DNA of 63,111 nt, the filler included, from Licmophora abbreviata (lineage: Eukaryota): assembly GCA_900291995.1 (NCBI GenBank). It is 14 parts of 14 records of this genome, joined end to end, with 100 filler letters (N's around TTAATTAATTAA, not from the genome) between each part and the next. Parts side by side here need not be neighbours in the genome. Positions count along the whole stretch, not along the records: positions 57,171 to 63,111 come from OLMU01000457.1; 13 more parts are not named here. One strand, 5' to 3'. The notes under the pieces are model-generated. The model was given only the letters and a program-made list of their open reading frames with translations, searched no databases and was not told the DNA's origin. The translations under genes were made by a program, and so were the position numbers. Below are positions 60,535 to 63,111 of the stretch, piece after piece. Each line of letters begins with the position of its first letter. The first letter of the stretch is position 1.

Positions 60535-61172
60535 AAGGAAAGATAAATGGCTTGGGTCGCTGTGTATGTAAAGAGACGCACATGAACGGATGTCCTTGGC
60601 GGGGTGGCGTCGTGCTGTGAGATTTTCATCTTTGCTTATGAGTATGCAGCATATATTTTGCTATACATGGCACAACAAGGCCGTCGTAGTAGGAAGAGCA
60701 GTTAGAGCGTTTCGATTTGACATGCTAGCTATCTTTGTACAATGTAGTAAAGAGTCTTAGTGCTTGCCTTCGACTCCATGCAATGTAGGCAGCCCGTCGT
60801 CGCCAGATGATGACGTGCCACCATCCCGACGAGCTTTCACGCCTGCTCTCCTCGAAAGAGTACAGGTTTCGCTTGCAGTGCATCAAACAGATAGAGACAC
60901 GCAAAGTCATGGCTTCGGTATCAGCCAGACAAGTGCGAGAGCCCCAGTAAGGTCGATGCTAAAAAGGCCGATGTGCCAAAAAGAATCAAATCCGATCTCA
61001 TTCCAATTTTGGCGCGACGGTCCATCCTTCACCCGTACAACGTGCATCTTCACAGCTCATCCATCTCAATGTTCGGTCAACCACATCACGACGTCTCGAC
61101 AGACAACATCGCTGCGCTTCGTGTTGTCGCCGTCGTTCTTGTTGGGTCGATACTATTCACCCAGAGCGTTCA

Positions 61173-62939
61173 ATGGAAGTTTCGTCAGATTCAGCGTCAC
61201 GGCTGTCGTCGTGGAAACGATTGCTTGAGAAATCGAGTAAAAGCGTAGACTCGAGTGATGGCTCTTCGTCGCAGTCCATCTTGGAGGAGGTGCAGCAGTA
61301 TTTCCCGTTACTTTCGCAACAAATTTCACAATATGGGAACGCACTGCATTTGAGACGAGCTGGGATCGAAAGCGTTTACCATGAGAATGATCCTCCGGCA
61401 ATCGATAAGGATTCATTGGGACCCTGTCATCTTCACAAGGAACTCATTGTCGAAACACGAGCGGCGTTGCGATATGCCTTATCCTTGTTTGCAGCAGAGG
61501 AGTCACGGGGAACAATACAACGTAAAGCTATTTTTGAGTATCAGTGGCATAGGTTGTTGTGCTACGCCCTCTCACAACCGAATGGCGATACCAAATGTCG
61601 CGTTATGTGTGCCCGTCTCTTGAGCAATCTGGTGACATGCAACCACGAGACTGCTTCCGTGCTGGCGTCAGACGTCGTCTTGTCGCCATCACAGGAACAT
61701 GTGACGGAACGTGTCCGAAATGTACTATCGCTAGCCCCCGCCGCTCATCAAATCATTCCGGAGAATTCAGAAAGCGCCACGTGGGTTGACATGATGATTG
61801 CGTGCAGTCGGGCGGGATCCAGGGATGGGCTTGGAGCCACCGTAGCGGCTCTGCACAACTGCCTTGTGGCGCTCGATGACGAGCAGAGCCTAGACCGTCA
61901 AGCCATACATTTCGCACAAAAGATTGCCTCTGACTCCATGCTCGTCAGTACATTGTTGAGACAGATCCTGGCTTCCCAGTCAGTCCTAGCGAGCGAACCT
62001 GGTGTAGCCCACGGAGAGCATGAGAGTCATGCTGACGCCGCGACCGAGTGGATCGTACTGACACTGGAAAAGCTGTGTAGTCTGGGGATGCTATCGAGAG
62101 TATTTGCGTCTGCGGGTGGCAAGGCCGAAAGTAGCGTAACGTCGTTGACCCCAGAACAGATCGTCTATCTGCATTGCGCCGCGCATGCCGTCGAGGAGGC
62201 GGTGCACCCAACGGTCGGATTCGAATCAAGCCACAGTCACCCGCTGGGAGGTGAGGCCAGTGACGATGCCATCATTTCGTCTATACTTTTTCTCGCACGA
62301 AAATTTTGCGATGTGTCTGGTCTACAACGGGGTGGGGGCGCGGCAGACGAAATGACTCTGGCGGCGTCCGCGTGGATTGTGTTGCTGGAAATGCTAGCAT
62401 CGGCGCTCGGGTCGGATGCGGCCCCTTGTTTATCGGACGCACGACTTCGTATCGGTACTGAAACGGGTTTGTTGGGGGAGCTTGCTGTACAACTCACAGC
62501 GGTAGTCGACTCACTGACTCTCCACAACAGTGGTCGCAAGGCACGGGATCTCGAAGTTTCGGACGACGAACAGCGCAGCATGCTTGGATTGGTGCGGCTC
62601 CTGGGGAATCTATGCTTTCAGTGTCGACACAACCAGGATGCAGTGAGAGTTGCAGCTGTTCCTCCGGTCGCCGGAGGAGGTGCCGAGCGAACTGCTCTGC
62701 ATGTACTTCTATCGTGCACGTCGCTTTCGTATGGCTGCTTTACACTCCGCGAATGGGCCATTGTAGCGTTGCGGAGTGTCCTCGACGGGAACGCTGAGAA
62801 TCAGCAGCTGGTAGAACAACTGCAAGCCCAGCAGCCGGTGCAATCAGCGGAGCTGCAGCAAATGGGCGTCCGTGTGGATCTTGACGCGCAAGGCAAAGTG
62901 CGCGTCGTCCCTGGCGATCGATCGAACGAAACTAGCTAG
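61173..62939 (+). CDS. ATXN10: Ataxin-10 family ARM-repeat protein
   Basis: C-terminal LVRLLGNLCF...NQDAVR...LLSC...LREWAIVALRSVLDGNAENQQLV...LQQMG. Confidence 0.88.
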   Translation: MEVSSDSASRLSSWKRLLEKSSKSVDSSDGSSSQSILEEVQQYFPLLSQQISQYGNALHLRRAGIESVYHENDPPAIDKDSLGPCHLHKELIVETRAALRYALSLFAAEESRGTIQRKAIFEYQWHRLLCYALSQPNGDTKCRVMCARLLSNLVTCNHETASVLASDVVLSPSQEHVTERVRNVLSLAPAAHQIIPENSESATWVDMMIACSRAGSRDGLGATVAALHNCLVALDDEQSLDRQAIHFAQKIASDSMLVSTLLRQILASQSVLASEPGVAHGEHESHADAATEWIVLTLEKLCSLGMLSRVFASAGGKAESSVTSLTPEQIVYLHCAAHAVEEAVHPTVGFESSHSHPLGGEASDDAIISSILFLARKFCDVSGLQRGGGAADEMTLAASAWIVLLEMLASALGSDAAPCLSDARLRIGTETGLLGELAVQLTAVVDSLTLHNSGRKARDLEVSDDEQRSMLGLVRLLGNLCFQCRHNQDAVRVAAVPPVAGGGAERTALHVLLSCTSLSYGCFTLREWAIVALRSVLDGNAENQQLVEQLQAQQPVQSAELQQMGVRVDLDAQGKVRVVPGDRSNETS

Positions 62940-63111
62940 CACGAGTGCATAATACTAAAAAGAAATCTCCAGTGACCTCTATTATCTCAAGAATACACTC
63001 TTTTACCTTCGTTTGTACCTTCGCACGTCAAGTCTCCTTGACACCCGAAAATCCATTCGGATTCTGCGATTGCCAACACCACAGGTCGGCACACATTTCC
63101 TCCAGTCCACG

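Noticed and set aside
60600..61170. 154-aa ORF upstream of ataxin-10
   Set aside because: No motif; it overlaps the probable promoter or UTR.

Overview
Gene-dense eukaryotic nuclear DNA, most likely from a diatom. The evidence is short GT-AG introns, bipartite plastid-targeting presequences with Phe at +1, and a nucleus-encoded SmpB. The window is a scaffold of 14 contigs joined by 13 artificial 100-nt spacers (N44-TTAATTAATTAA-N44), and several genes continue across the spacers. About 26 protein genes and one tRNA-Arg(CCG) can be supported. Housekeeping genes include Ssu72, an ApaH-like phosphatase, a trithorax/MLL-like SET protein, SmpB, a NOL8-like RRM protein, NDUFAF5, a kinesin, DNA2, Obg, GrpE, an SDR, a RAD51 paralog, eL18, formamidase and ataxin-10. 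The most unusual elements are: (1) an SLC35A-type nucleotide-sugar transporter fused in frame to a lumenal domain that appears to end in a LicD/fukutin-type phosphotransferase; (2) an RDEL-tagged prolyl-4-hydroxylase carrying a VHL-beta-like domain, flanked by two paralogous secreted 2OG-Fe(II) oxygenases; (3) an LSMT-type SET methyltransferase fused to an SR-protein module; (4) a type II membrane FkbM methyltransferase on a 28-aa Pro-rich repeat stalk, next to two RHC-variant histidine phosphatases and a GH35 enzyme. No CRISPR array or mobile element was seen. Exon boundaries were read by eye and family calls rest on motif recognition, not database searches.
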